Positions 18,784 through 27,215 are shown, numbered from the stretch's first letter. The stretch: DNA of 64,000 nt from Candidatus Kerfeldbacteria bacterium (GCA_016214565.1 JACROE010000002.1:920007-984006); one strand, 5' to 3'. Numbers and translations are program-made. The notes: generated by a model from the sequence alone, not told the origin.

Positions 18784-19868
18784 AATCATACCAGAATAAT
18801 GAAATAACGCAGGCATTGAAGCGGGGCAGTCAGCTGCACCTGGATAATCAAGCTCGTCAACGAATGCGCTTGAGTATATTTGCTATATTTGATACTGTAA
18901 CGTCAGTTAGCAAGCAACGATATACTAATAACGAGTCAATTAAGGCTCACTTATCAACATTAATGGTACGACCTATGATACCAATTATCATTGCCCTCGT
19001 CCTCATGGCCGGAACGACCGGTACCGCCATTGCAGCGGATAATGCAAAGCCAGGTGACGCCTTGTTTGGCGTAGATCAGGCACTTGAAGAGGCTCGTCTT
19101 TCATTCGCTTTTGGCGATGATGCGAAGAGCCAAGTTTGGGTTGACATCGCGGAAGAGCGCGAGTCAGAAATGCAAGTGTTAATTGAGGAAGGCGAAACTG
19201 AGTTAGCTGAAGAGGCCGCTGATCATGCTGCCCGCGCCTTGGATAATGCATTAATCGTAATTAACCGAGTTCGAGCTGAGCATGAAGATGAAGGGAAGTC
19301 CAGCGAAGCGCTTGATGACGTTTCTGAAAAATTAGAAGAGGTACAGAATCGATTCATTGAACGTCAACGTGAACAAACTGGAAAAGCCCTGGAGGAAACA
19401 TTCGGTGAGGTAGAACTTGAAGCTGAAATTGATAGTTCGATAGCAAAAGTGAAGATAAAAATCAACAATACTGAACAAGAATACACGTTGAATGAGACTG
19501 ATCTCGCTTCAATCATCGAATCAATTCGTAGTCGTACCGGACTGAGCACTGAGGATATTGCTATTATGCTGAAGCTTGACCGAGGATCATCGGCATCTGA
19601 TGACGATGATGACGCTGATGAAGATCAATCGAATGGAAATACCAATGATGATTTGAATGATGAGGAAGGGGATGATGCTGATGAGGATGGAAATGGTCAA
19701 GAGAATCGCAACAGAAATGCAAATCAGAATCGTAATGGGGCCGGCAACAGTAACGACAGCAATGAGAATGTAAATGAGGACAATTCAAATGATGATGAGA
19801 ATGCAAACAGCAATACTAACGAGGACGAAGCCGAAGATGAAACAGAAGACGTGGAAGACGGCAACTAA
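18780..19868 (+). CDS. putative anti-sigma-like membrane protein with extreme acidic Asn/Asp/Glu-rich C-terminal tail
   Basis: ATGA overlap with the sigma gene; one TM helix (PMIPIIIALVLMAGTTGTAIAA); about 100-aa low-complexity tail DDDDDADEDQSNGNTNDD...NEDEAEDETEDVEDGN. Confidence 0.45.
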   Translation: MKSYQNNEITQALKRGSQLHLDNQARQRMRLSIFAIFDTVTSVSKQRYTNNESIKAHLSTLMVRPMIPIIIALVLMAGTTGTAIAADNAKPGDALFGVDQALEEARLSFAFGDDAKSQVWVDIAEERESEMQVLIEEGETELAEEAADHAARALDNALIVINRVRAEHEDEGKSSEALDDVSEKLEEVQNRFIERQREQTGKALEETFGEVELEAEIDSSIAKVKIKINNTEQEYTLNETDLASIIESIRSRTGLSTEDIAIMLKLDRGSSASDDDDDADEDQSNGNTNDDLNDEEGDDADEDGNGQENRNRNANQNRNGAGNSNDSNENVNEDNSNDDENANSNTNEDEAEDETEDVEDGN

Positions 19869-19891
19869 AGAATTGTGAATCAAATTTTAAA

Positions 19892-19922
19892 CCACCCGCT
19901 ATAGCAGCGGGTGGTTTTGTTT
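19892..19922 (+). terminator. rho-independent terminator
   Basis: ccacccgc-tatagca-gcgggtgg followed by ttttgttt. Confidence 0.7.
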
Positions 19923-19970
19923 AACGTTTGATTTATTTTATCAATTGATGGACAATAGGGGTGACACCAT

Positions 19971-20354
19971 ATGCGCGAAGGAAATCCATCCAGAGATCCC
20001 GATTATATAGAGAAATCCGTCGAAGCGGATGTTAAAAAAATCGTCGAAAACGTCGATCGTCGTATTGAACAATCCAATGCATCAGCCGAACGATATGTGG
20101 CAGCGGTTAGTGTTTTAGAACGCGTGTCAGCACATGATTCGGCTTTGACAACGCAATTGGAGGGGTCACTTCGAGCCGAAGCAGCTGGTGCAGTGTATGA
20201 GGAGCCACGGGCAGTTATTGATGCCGCTCAGTATATTATCGATCATTTTGGAAATCCATATTCTCAAAAAAAATTAGCAGACATTCATACCGTCGCGGCA
20301 CGTGCATTTGAAGAACTTGTTCAGCAACAGTATGACTACTTTGAGGGCAGGTAA
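19971..20354 (+). CDS. hypothetical acidic protein
   Basis: 127-aa ORF with no recognisable motif. Confidence 0.35.
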   Translation: MREGNPSRDPDYIEKSVEADVKKIVENVDRRIEQSNASAERYVAAVSVLERVSAHDSALTTQLEGSLRAEAAGAVYEEPRAVIDAAQYIIDHFGNPYSQKKLADIHTVAARAFEELVQQQYDYFEGR

Positions 20355-20369
20355 TAACCTTGAACAGCT

Positions 20370-20870
20370 ATGCAAGTACCAAAACGCAAACCAGGCATAT
20401 ATACCAATCAAGAATCCGACCCGCATCTCACTCCGGCAAAGCTGGATGAATTAAAGCGTGAATTGCATCGTTTGAAGACTGTTTCCAGGCCTCAGGCAAT
20501 TCTTGAAACGAAACGTTTGGCGGAAATGGGAGATTTTTCCGAAAATGCCGAATACCAAATTGCTAAAGGCAGACTGCGGGGAATCAATAATCGCATTGAC
20601 GAATTGGTAGATCAGATAGATAGAGCAGTCGTGATAGTCCCAGAATCAACTGCGGACGTCATTGCAATAGGGCATACCGTTATCATTGAGCAAGATGGTG
20701 AACAAAAAACATTTCAAATACTGGGGTCCACTGAGAGCAACCCTCACCTGGGAATTATTTCTTATCAATCGCCACTCGGAGCCGCATTGATAGGCAAAAA
20801 AATTGGCGATGTATTTGAAGTATTACTTGGAAAAAGGAATGTTTCATGTCGCGTAATTAAGATCACGTAG
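20370..20870 (+). CDS. greA: transcription elongation factor GreA
   Basis: coiled-coil N-domain (LTPAKLDELKRELHRL...DFSENAEYQIAKGRL) and C-terminal FKBP-like domain (ISYQSPLGAALIGKKIGDVFEV). Confidence 0.85.
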   Translation: MQVPKRKPGIYTNQESDPHLTPAKLDELKRELHRLKTVSRPQAILETKRLAEMGDFSENAEYQIAKGRLRGINNRIDELVDQIDRAVVIVPESTADVIAIGHTVIIEQDGEQKTFQILGSTESNPHLGIISYQSPLGAALIGKKIGDVFEVLLGKRNVSCRVIKIT

Positions 20871-20961
20871 GTCCGAAGTTGACTGATACGTCCGACAGAT
20901 TACCTCAACCCTTGCTATTTTTAGAGTTTGCCTGTACACTTCACCCTTAATCATAAAAATA

Positions 20962-21657
20962 TTGAAATATATGAGGAATTCAAGAGATAGTAGACCAGAT
21001 CGTGGTCGAGGTGGCCGTTTTGGTGGCCGCGATGGTGGTCGTCGTAGTTTTGACGACCGACGAGGCGGTGGCCGTTTTGGTGGCCGCGATTCTGGACCTA
21101 AACAAATGTTTGAGGCTACCTGCGCTGACTGTGGCGATTTGTGCCAAGTGCCTTTCAAACCGCGTGGCGATCGTCCGGTCTATTGCAGCAATTGTTTCGA
21201 CAAACACAATACTCGAGATGAACGAGGTGGTGGCGATCGACGCGACAGCCGACCGCGGTTCGAAGAAAAGCGAATGTTTGATGCTACCTGCGATAATTGC
21301 GGCAATCCCTGCCAAGTGCCATTTCGACCCAGCGGCGAGAAGCCTGTGTACTGCAACGATTGTTTCAGCACCATGGGCGGGGGGCGCAGCGACCGTGGTG
21401 GCGATCGACGCGACAGCCGACCGCGGCAATCAGCTGGCGGAGATAACAAGGAATTATTGGCCCAATTTAATCTTTTAAATGCAAAATTGGATCGAATTAT
21501 CTCGTCATTGTCGCCGGTCATGGCAAAAGAAGTTGCGACAAAAGCCAAGGTTGTACCAGCGCCCGTCACACCCAAAGTGATTAAAGAAAAAGCAGTAAAG
21601 GTGGTAAAGGAAAGCAAACCTGCTAAAGCAGCAAAGAAGAAAAAGGAAGTAAAATAA
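20962..21657 (+). CDS. tandem zinc-ribbon (CxxC-x17-CxxC) protein with RGG/RDSRP repeats and Lys/Ala-rich tail
   Basis: two copies of FxATCxxCGxxCQVPFxPxxxxPVYCxxCF separated by Arg/Gly-rich segments; C-terminal KAKVVPAPVTPKVIKEKAVKVVKESKPAKAAKKKKEVK; DNA-level direct repeats. Confidence 0.6.
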   Translation: MKYMRNSRDSRPDRGRGGRFGGRDGGRRSFDDRRGGGRFGGRDSGPKQMFEATCADCGDLCQVPFKPRGDRPVYCSNCFDKHNTRDERGGGDRRDSRPRFEEKRMFDATCDNCGNPCQVPFRPSGEKPVYCNDCFSTMGGGRSDRGGDRRDSRPRQSAGGDNKELLAQFNLLNAKLDRIISSLSPVMAKEVATKAKVVPAPVTPKVIKEKAVKVVKESKPAKAAKKKKEVK

Positions 21658-21663
21658 GATATT

Positions 21664-21697
21664 CAAAAAAACACCGAGCTGAGCTCGGTGTTTTTTG
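21664..21697. terminator. bidirectional rho-independent terminator
   Basis: aaaaaaa-caccgagct-g-agctcggtg-tttttt. Confidence 0.7.
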
Positions 21698-21955
21698 GTA
21701 TACTTAAATCGTATGTATTTTGTTTATATTGTTCGCTGTGCAGATAAGACACTCTATACGGGAATTACCGTTGATGTTGCCCGTCGCGTGCGAGAGCACA
21801 ATTCGTCTCCCGCTGGCGCTCGGTATACTCGACAACGGCGGCCGGTGCGATTGGTATACCGTAAGCGATTTCGCAATCGATCAACGGCCAGTCGGGCTGA
21901 AAGTCGAATCAAGCAGCTATCTCGTGCTGATAAACTAAAATTAACCCGCCATTGA
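21695..21955 (+). CDS. GIY-YIG nuclease superfamily protein (UPF0213-like)
   Basis: YFVYIVRCADKTLYTGITVDVARRVREHN: GIY-YIG core; 86 aa. Confidence 0.8.
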   Translation: MVYLNRMYFVYIVRCADKTLYTGITVDVARRVREHNSSPAGARYTRQRRPVRLVYRKRFRNRSTASRAESRIKQLSRADKLKLTRH

Positions 21956-21988
21956 TAATTAATTGAGTTCGTGGGAATATGACAGTAT

Positions 21989-22300
21989 ATGAATAAGAAA
22001 TGGGCATGTATTATTGGCGGCACCTTTGGTTTATTGCTCATATCCTTTGTGCCAGTGATTCTCACCCCGTCGGTTGCCCCAGGAGTTAGCGTGCCTGATA
22101 GCATGGATAGCGTTATTTTATGGAGCGTAGAAACTCATTTTGACCACCCGCTGCAGCAATTATTTGTTTTTCGTTATCAGATTACAGAACGTCAGGTGCA
22201 GCAGGGGAGCATGGATCAATATCTCGTGCGAGGCAAAACTTTTTTTGGCATTACAGCAGTTACCGCGCGTGTTGGCGCAGACGGGATCGTTACTCAGTAG
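21989..22300 (+). CDS. hypothetical secreted protein
   Basis: 103 aa with signal-peptide-like N-terminus. Confidence 0.35.
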   Translation: MNKKWACIIGGTFGLLLISFVPVILTPSVAPGVSVPDSMDSVILWSVETHFDHPLQQLFVFRYQITERQVQQGSMDQYLVRGKTFFGITAVTARVGADGIVTQ

Positions 22301-22305
22301 TCATT

Positions 22306-22542
22306 GTGCTTATGATTGAATCTAGGATTTACGTTCGAGCAAAAGCACATGCGCATTCGGTAACGATTGCTCAGCAGGATGAAACTCATTTTACTATTTC
22401 AGTGACCGAGCCGGCTGAGGCAGGTAAAGCAAATGAGGCCATACGTCGAGTTTTGGCAGACTATATGCGCGTGCCTCCCACCAGCCTTTCGCTACACTCT
22501 GGCCAACGTTCCTCCCACAAAGTATTTATATTACATAATTAA
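22306..22542 (+). CDS. DUF167/YggU family protein
   Basis: 78 aa; SVTEPAEAGKANEAIRRVLADYMRVPPTSLSLHSGQRSSHKVFIL matches the UPF0235 core. Confidence 0.65.
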   Translation: MLMIESRIYVRAKAHAHSVTIAQQDETHFTISVTEPAEAGKANEAIRRVLADYMRVPPTSLSLHSGQRSSHKVFILHN

Positions 22543-22552
22543 TATTATCAAT

Positions 22553-22951
22553 ATGAAAGGTTTTCATTCAAATATTGAGCAGCAAACGCTTGCTAACAAA
22601 AAATTTCGCCAAGTCCTCTATACTGGCAAGCATAGTCAGTTAGTGCTGATGTGTCTTCAGCCACAAGAGGAAATCGGCATGGAGGTTCATATGGATAATG
22701 ATCAGTTTTTTCGTTTTGAATCTGGCGACGGGAAAGTATTAATTGATACTCATGAATATTTAGTAACCGATGGGTCGGCCATTATCGTGCCTGCCGGTGC
22801 TCAGCATAATGTTATGAATGTCTCCTCGGATAAGCCGCTGCAGATGTATACGCTGTATGCACCGGCTCATCACCGTGATGGGGTTGCCCATGATACCAAG
22901 AAAGCTGCTGTAGCCGATGACGAAGAGTTTGACGGAATAACTTCAGAGTAA
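22553..22951 (+). CDS. cupin domain protein
   Basis: conserved-barrel motifs G.EVHMDNDQFFRFESGDGKVLID....IIVPAGAQHNVMN; start moved to the ATG at 22553 to remove overlap with the previous gene. Confidence 0.6.
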   Translation: MKGFHSNIEQQTLANKKFRQVLYTGKHSQLVLMCLQPQEEIGMEVHMDNDQFFRFESGDGKVLIDTHEYLVTDGSAIIVPAGAQHNVMNVSSDKPLQMYTLYAPAHHRDGVAHDTKKAAVADDEEFDGITSE

Positions 22952-22963
22952 TTGTTTGATCAA

Positions 22964-23000
22964 TAAAAAAACGACTGCTGTACGTAGGGCAGTCGTTTTT
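22964..23000. terminator. bidirectional rho-independent terminator
   Basis: aaaaaaa-acgactgc-loop-gcagtcgt-ttttt. Confidence 0.65.
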
Positions 23001-23021
23001 GATCGCATAGCATGTTGTTGA

Positions 23022-23246
23022 TTAGGTACTTTCCGGATCATCCTGATCAAGGCAGCCATAATTGTATTGGCGACGTTCCGGCGTCATTTTCCGTCTGACA
23101 ATCAATTGTTGACGAATTGTCAAAAAACGCGTGGCCAATTCAGCGAGGACTTTTAGCTCTTCTTCAACTGTTTTTACCTGATTTGGTAATATCAGCAAAT
23201 CAAGCAGCGCGTCCTCGGATAGACAAGTTAATTCATGATTCTTCAT
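23022..23246 (-). CDS. hypothetical small protein
   Basis: 74-aa ORF with no motif. Confidence 0.3.
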   Translation of the reverse strand: MKNHELTCLSEDALLDLLILPNQVKTVEEELKVLAELATRFLTIRQQLIVRRKMTPERRQYNYGCLDQDDPEST

Positions 23247-23292
23247 GATTCCTCCTTAATGGTAATGTGCAATTACTAGGTTTGTTTTTGCA

Positions 23293-23322
23293 TAATAAAA
23301 AAACCGGCCCTATCATGGCCGG
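23293..23322 (-). terminator. rho-independent terminator, minus-strand orientation
   Basis: reverse complement reads ccggcc-atgatag-ggccgg followed by ttttttt. Confidence 0.6.
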
Positions 23323-23491
23323 GATCACTGTAAATTGACCGTTAGTGCAGAAAATTTATGCAGCACCAGCCATGAGGGTTTTGGGGGCCTCGTTTTTTGG
23401 CGGGTATTGCATTGTGCTGCGTCGGTTATTCATATGCAAAAGGTAGTATACACCAGTGACTGGCTATGGTCAATTGTATTGGTGGAGCAGT

Positions 23492-23609
23492 GGCCCCTTC
23501 GTGGTCTCAGGACGAAAATGCAAACAGGCCCTTCGTCCCTGGTGGACTCAGTGGCGAAAACGTAAGTAGGCCCCTCGGCCTGTTATGGCCTCGGGGCGAA
23601 ACATCAAGT
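23492..23609 (+). repeat. three tandem degenerate GC-rich units (36/42/41 nt), each starting GGCCCYTCG and ending CGAAAA-like, with internal hairpins
   Basis: read directly: ggccccttcgtggtctcaggacgaaaatgcaaacag / ggcccttcgtccctggtggactcagtggcgaaaacgtaagtag / gcccctcggcctgttatggcctcggggcgaaac; the third unit forms a 9-bp hairpin GCCCC-UC-GGCC...GGCC-UC-GGGGC. Confidence 0.5.
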
Positions 23610-23637
23610 CTTATAAATTTGATGTTTCGGTTTTTAT
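23600..23637 (+). terminator. terminator-like hairpin plus T-tract directly after the repeat units
   Basis: aacatcaa-gtcttataaat-ttgatgtt followed by tcggtttttatt. Confidence 0.5.
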
Positions 23638-23659
23638 TCGGTATACTAAAAACAGCCTT

Positions 23660-23911
23660 ATGCAGGTGGAAAAGCTGGATGAACCAATCCGTGTGGTGGC
23701 TGATTTTAGCGGCAAAAAGGTTCGCCCCTTGTCGTTTACCCGCCACCAAGGCCGGCGATATGATATCGACCGGGTTAATTTGGTATATCGGACGCGGGTT
23801 GGGGATCGTTACCACTGGTGCTTTGCCTGTTCGGACGCGGCAAATACGTACGTTCTTTTTTATGATCCGTACGCGTTGCGTTGGACACTACGAGAGATTC
23901 AAATGGAGTAG
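23660..23911 (+). CDS. hypothetical small basic protein
   Basis: 84 aa from the ATG at 23660 (the ORF track extends to 23585 through the repeat region, which I reject); rich in R/Y/D, one CFAC motif. Confidence 0.3.
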   Translation: MQVEKLDEPIRVVADFSGKKVRPLSFTRHQGRRYDIDRVNLVYRTRVGDRYHWCFACSDAANTYVLFYDPYALRWTLREIQME

Positions 23912-23920
23912 GGGTAGGTA

Positions 23921-24550
23921 CTAGTCTTCGAGATCGGTTGGTTTTTCGCCCCACGTCATAGCTGATTCAGGCTTGCCCGTTTCTTCTTGGTGGCCATAGA
24001 CCGTTTGATTCTGTGCATCGAGGAAATTGAACCGGGTGACGGTGAAATCTTGCAATTGTCCCTCAATCATTTTTTTGCCAATAATGGTGGTCGTTTCTTT
24101 CGTGTAGTCGCCAATTTTTTCGCGCGTGGTAGCTTCCCGGTAGATTTCTCCCATGCGTTCGCCTTCGGTAACCTGACCAGTTTTTTCAATCAGCGTTCCT
24201 TGATCATCATATTGGTAATTCTCCACCCAGGAGTGTTCGCGATCAGTATTGGTACCGCTTATGGTAGTTACGTTTCCCTTATCATCGTAGTTGAATGCAC
24301 GTTCGGTAATTGCTTTGATGACATCCGTGTTTTTGCCATCAACGCGGTTATAGGCAATATCTTTGCGCCAGGCAGTTTTGCCCTGCTCATTCTGGATAAT
24401 TTCTGCGGTGCGGTGGTCGCCGTCCATTTCCGGCAACTTATCCGCCAGCGCGAGCTCTGGATTTTGCTCGAGCAATCCGCGGCCAGGTAGCTGCTTCTCC
24501 ATGATAGCTTGTTCATTGGGTGTTAGCCCCTGGTATTCCTGGTTGTCCAT
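23921..24550 (-). CDS. YD-repeat-containing hypothetical cytoplasmic protein
   Basis: NYDDKGNVTTISG and YQYDDQGTLIEKTG match the YD/Rhs repeat consensus YxYDxxGxL; no signal peptide. Confidence 0.45.
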   Translation of the reverse strand: MDNQEYQGLTPNEQAIMEKQLPGRGLLEQNPELALADKLPEMDGDHRTAEIIQNEQGKTAWRKDIAYNRVDGKNTDVIKAITERAFNYDDKGNVTTISGTNTDREHSWVENYQYDDQGTLIEKTGQVTEGERMGEIYREATTREKIGDYTKETTTIIGKKMIEGQLQDFTVTRFNFLDAQNQTVYGHQEETGKPESAMTWGEKPTDLED

Positions 24551-24606
24551 AGTGATTATGTATAGTGGATTAAAGACAGCATAAGCCTATCGCGTAATTA
24601 ATTGAT

Positions 24607-25863
24607 TTGTCAATGCAACGTATCATTCTTCATTTCGACATGAGTTCCTATTTCGCTTCCGTGGAACAGCAGGCGAATCCTCGTTTGCGTGGCCGGCCGG
24701 TTGGCGTAGTGGCTACCATGACGCCGAATGGCTGCATCATCGCCTCATCGCGTGAAGCAAAAGCCCTGGGGATTAAGACAGGTTGTCGGGTGCCGGAAGC
24801 GAAAGCGCTCTGTCCTCATGTTGTTCTCATCGAAGTTGATCCACCTAAATATCGTTCAACCAGTGAGCGTATTTTTTCCTTATACGCGGAATATTCTGAA
24901 GATATTGAGCCATATTCAATTGATGAAGCATTTGTTGATTTAACCGGCGTGGCGGCGTCATATGATCGGGCGCTCGTGATAGCTCGAGAAATCCAACAGC
25001 GGATTAAGGACGAGATTGGGGAGTGGCTTGTTTGTTCGATAGGTATCGCGCCGACGCGCTGGTTGGCTAAGTTTGCCAGCGATACCGCGCCAAAAGGTGA
25101 AGCGATTGTATTAACGCAGGATAATTTATTTGAGTATTTACAGGGTCGTGATGTGCAGGAGGCTTGGGGGATTGCTGGCGCGACCGCGACCCAGCTTGAG
25201 CACTTGGGCATTAGCACACTGGATCAATTAGCTACTTATCCGGTGCAAAATCTGATGACCGTGATGGGAGTGCGGGGGTATTATCTCTGGGCGCAGGTGA
25301 ATGGCATCGAATTGTCCGGTTTGGAAGTGCGACGTCAGCCGAAGTCAATCGGCCATAGTCATATCTTGCGCAGTCGGACGCGTGATCCTCGGTTTTATCA
25401 GGCAGTCCTGATGCGCCTCTGTGAGCGCACCGGCCGCCGGTTGCGGGAAAAAAATTTAGAAGCGCAAGGAATATATTTTCACAGTTCATCGGATCATCGT
25501 GACTCAATCGGCGGCAGTCAAAAGATGCATCACCCGATTACGCATACCTCGCAGATCTTTGATTATGCGTGGCGCTTGTTACAGCCGCACCTTCGGCATG
25601 ACGTGCCGACTTTTTTTGCAGTTGGACTTTTTCACTTGCGGCCACGCGTTGATCAATTGACGTTATTTTCAAATAAAAAAATATCCCCCAGATTAGCTCA
25701 AGCGCTGGATGCTCTGAATAATAAATACGGTGAGGAAACAATAGTGCAGGGGCCATTATTGCGGTTGGGTGGTATGCACGCACCGGATCGGGTTGGATTT
25801 CGGAAGAGTGTGGCGGCGGAGTTCCAGGGTCAGGGAGGATTGACTATGGACGATCAGTTATGA
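24607..25863 (+). CDS. dinB: DNA polymerase IV (Y-family translesion polymerase)
   Basis: HFDMSSYFASVEQ...GRPVGVV...SIDEAFVDLTG catalytic motifs; little-finger domain. Confidence 0.85.
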   Translation: MSMQRIILHFDMSSYFASVEQQANPRLRGRPVGVVATMTPNGCIIASSREAKALGIKTGCRVPEAKALCPHVVLIEVDPPKYRSTSERIFSLYAEYSEDIEPYSIDEAFVDLTGVAASYDRALVIAREIQQRIKDEIGEWLVCSIGIAPTRWLAKFASDTAPKGEAIVLTQDNLFEYLQGRDVQEAWGIAGATATQLEHLGISTLDQLATYPVQNLMTVMGVRGYYLWAQVNGIELSGLEVRRQPKSIGHSHILRSRTRDPRFYQAVLMRLCERTGRRLREKNLEAQGIYFHSSSDHRDSIGGSQKMHHPITHTSQIFDYAWRLLQPHLRHDVPTFFAVGLFHLRPRVDQLTLFSNKKISPRLAQALDALNNKYGEETIVQGPLLRLGGMHAPDRVGFRKSVAAEFQGQGGLTMDDQL

Positions 25864-26518
25864 CAAATGGATTGAAGTTTGTATTGGTGTCATAGACATC
25901 GATACGCTCCCTGCGTTTGAGGAAGCGCACTATGGTATAGGTAACTGGTGTCATGAGTACTTCTACCCCCACTTTAAAGATATAATTTGAAATCAGCACA
26001 CTTACGATTAGTGAGGTGGGTAGAACTCCCCAGAAAGCGATTAGAATAAACAATGCCGTGTCAACCCCTTCACCAACGATTGTGGATCCAATAGTGCGAG
26101 CCCAGAGCCAGCGCCCGTGCGTGGCGATTTTCATTTTAGCCAATACGTATGAATTAAGAAATTCCCCCGCCCAGTAGGCAGTGAGTGATCCTAAAACAAT
26201 ACGGGGGGTTAAGCCGAGAATAGTATGGTATGCGTCTTGATAGGGCCAGTCTGGTGCCGCAGGGAGCCAATCGATGAGCATGATCATGACTGACATTAAA
26301 ACGGCGCTGGTAAATCCAATCCAAATAACTCGACGCGCAGCGGTGTACCCATACACCTCGGTCAGTATATCACCGAAAATGTAAGCCAGCGGGAAGAGTA
26401 ATGTGCCACCATCAAAAGTAAACGATCCAAAAGAAACAATTTTGGTTGAAACTATATTGGAGATAAGGAGTACAGCGACAAATAAACCGGTGATCAAGGT
26501 TATTAAGCGGAATGGCAT
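25844..26518 (-). CDS. yhhQ: queuosine-precursor transporter family protein (YhhQ/DUF165)
   Basis: LLISNIVSTKIVSFGSFTFDGGTLLFPLAYIFGDILTEVYGY signature; 6 TM helices. Confidence 0.75.
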   Translation of the reverse strand: MPFRLITLITGLFVAVLLISNIVSTKIVSFGSFTFDGGTLLFPLAYIFGDILTEVYGYTAARRVIWIGFTSAVLMSVMIMLIDWLPAAPDWPYQDAYHTILGLTPRIVLGSLTAYWAGEFLNSYVLAKMKIATHGRWLWARTIGSTIVGEGVDTALFILIAFWGVLPTSLIVSVLISNYIFKVGVEVLMTPVTYTIVRFLKRRERIDVYDTNTNFNPFVITDRP

Positions 26519-27159
26519 ATCAAGTTGATAGAATCAATATTGAATTGTACAATCATAGCATGACACAGACAAATCAACCAACCTGGGATGACGTATATAA
26601 AAAAACTCCGGCCGAACGGCTGCCGTGGTATTATGCTGAATTAGATCCGGATTTCGCCCGGGCACTTGAGGCTATTGATGGTCCAACCAAGCGGGTCCTG
26701 GATGTTGGCTCGGGGCCTGGTACGCAGGCGATTGCCTTGGCTGAGCGGGGATTTGACGTGGTCGGCGTGGATATCGCGCCTACTGCCGTAGAGTACGCTC
26801 AGGTGCGCGCCCGTGAGCATGGAGTCCAGGTAGATTTTAAAGTCGACGACATTCTCGAAACCTCTTTACATGGGCCATTTGATTATATTATTGATCGTGG
26901 TGTATTCCACACATTCATGCCGCCGTCTCGAGCGCCCTATGTCCATACTACTTATCAATTGTTGAGACCAGATGGGTACATGTTGCTTAAGTGCTTTAGC
27001 CATCAGCAGCCCGGCACGGATGGTCCGTTTAGGTTTTCACCTTCTCAACTTGAAGAGTATTTTGCACCATATTTTGACATTATTTCGATTGAGGATTCCG
27101 TTTTTCATGGCAGTTATCCGCATGTGAAAGCGTTATTTGCCATTTTGCAGCGCCGGTAG
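26512..27159 (+). CDS. class I SAM-dependent methyltransferase (TehB/TPMT-like)
   Basis: motif I VLDVGSGPGTQAIALAERG and motif II DVVGVDIAP. Confidence 0.7.
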   Translation: MAYQVDRINIELYNHSMTQTNQPTWDDVYKKTPAERLPWYYAELDPDFARALEAIDGPTKRVLDVGSGPGTQAIALAERGFDVVGVDIAPTAVEYAQVRAREHGVQVDFKVDDILETSLHGPFDYIIDRGVFHTFMPPSRAPYVHTTYQLLRPDGYMLLKCFSHQQPGTDGPFRFSPSQLEEYFAPYFDIISIEDSVFHGSYPHVKALFAILQRR

Positions 27160-27215
27160 ACGAGAGGGAGGATTTATCCTATACTGGCTGTAACACAATT
27201 ATTTACTATTTACGC

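Noticed and set aside
20980-21617. Four long overlapping ORFs on both strands (20980-21429 minus, 21002-21478 plus, 21180-21617 minus, 20844-21158 minus) inside the zinc-ribbon/RGG gene
   Set aside because: They arise from the GC-rich, internally repeated RGG-coding DNA, which stays open in several frames. Only the 20962-21657 frame gives a coherent protein with duplicated Cys4 units, and the others lack any motif
21695-21955. GIY-YIG ORF as a homing endonuclease or mobile element
   Set aside because: At 86 aa it has only the nuclease core, with no DNA-binding extension and no flanking intron, intein or repeats. This fits the small stand-alone UPF0213-type proteins
22306-22951. Apparent 110-bp overlap between the DUF167 and cupin ORFs (22433 start)
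   Set aside because: It is resolved by using the ATG at 22553, which begins the cupin domain (MKGFHSN...) 11 bp after the DUF167 stop; no frameshift is needed
23480-23610. Possible CRISPR array
   Set aside because: There are only three units, the lengths are unequal (36/42/41 nt), the units are degenerate, no unique spacers alternate with them, and no cas genes are present
23585-23911. 108-aa ORF call starting at 23585
   Set aside because: Its first 25 codons would be translated from the GC-rich hairpin repeats and the terminator-like hairpin. The internal ATG at 23660 is more plausible, and even that CDS is low confidence
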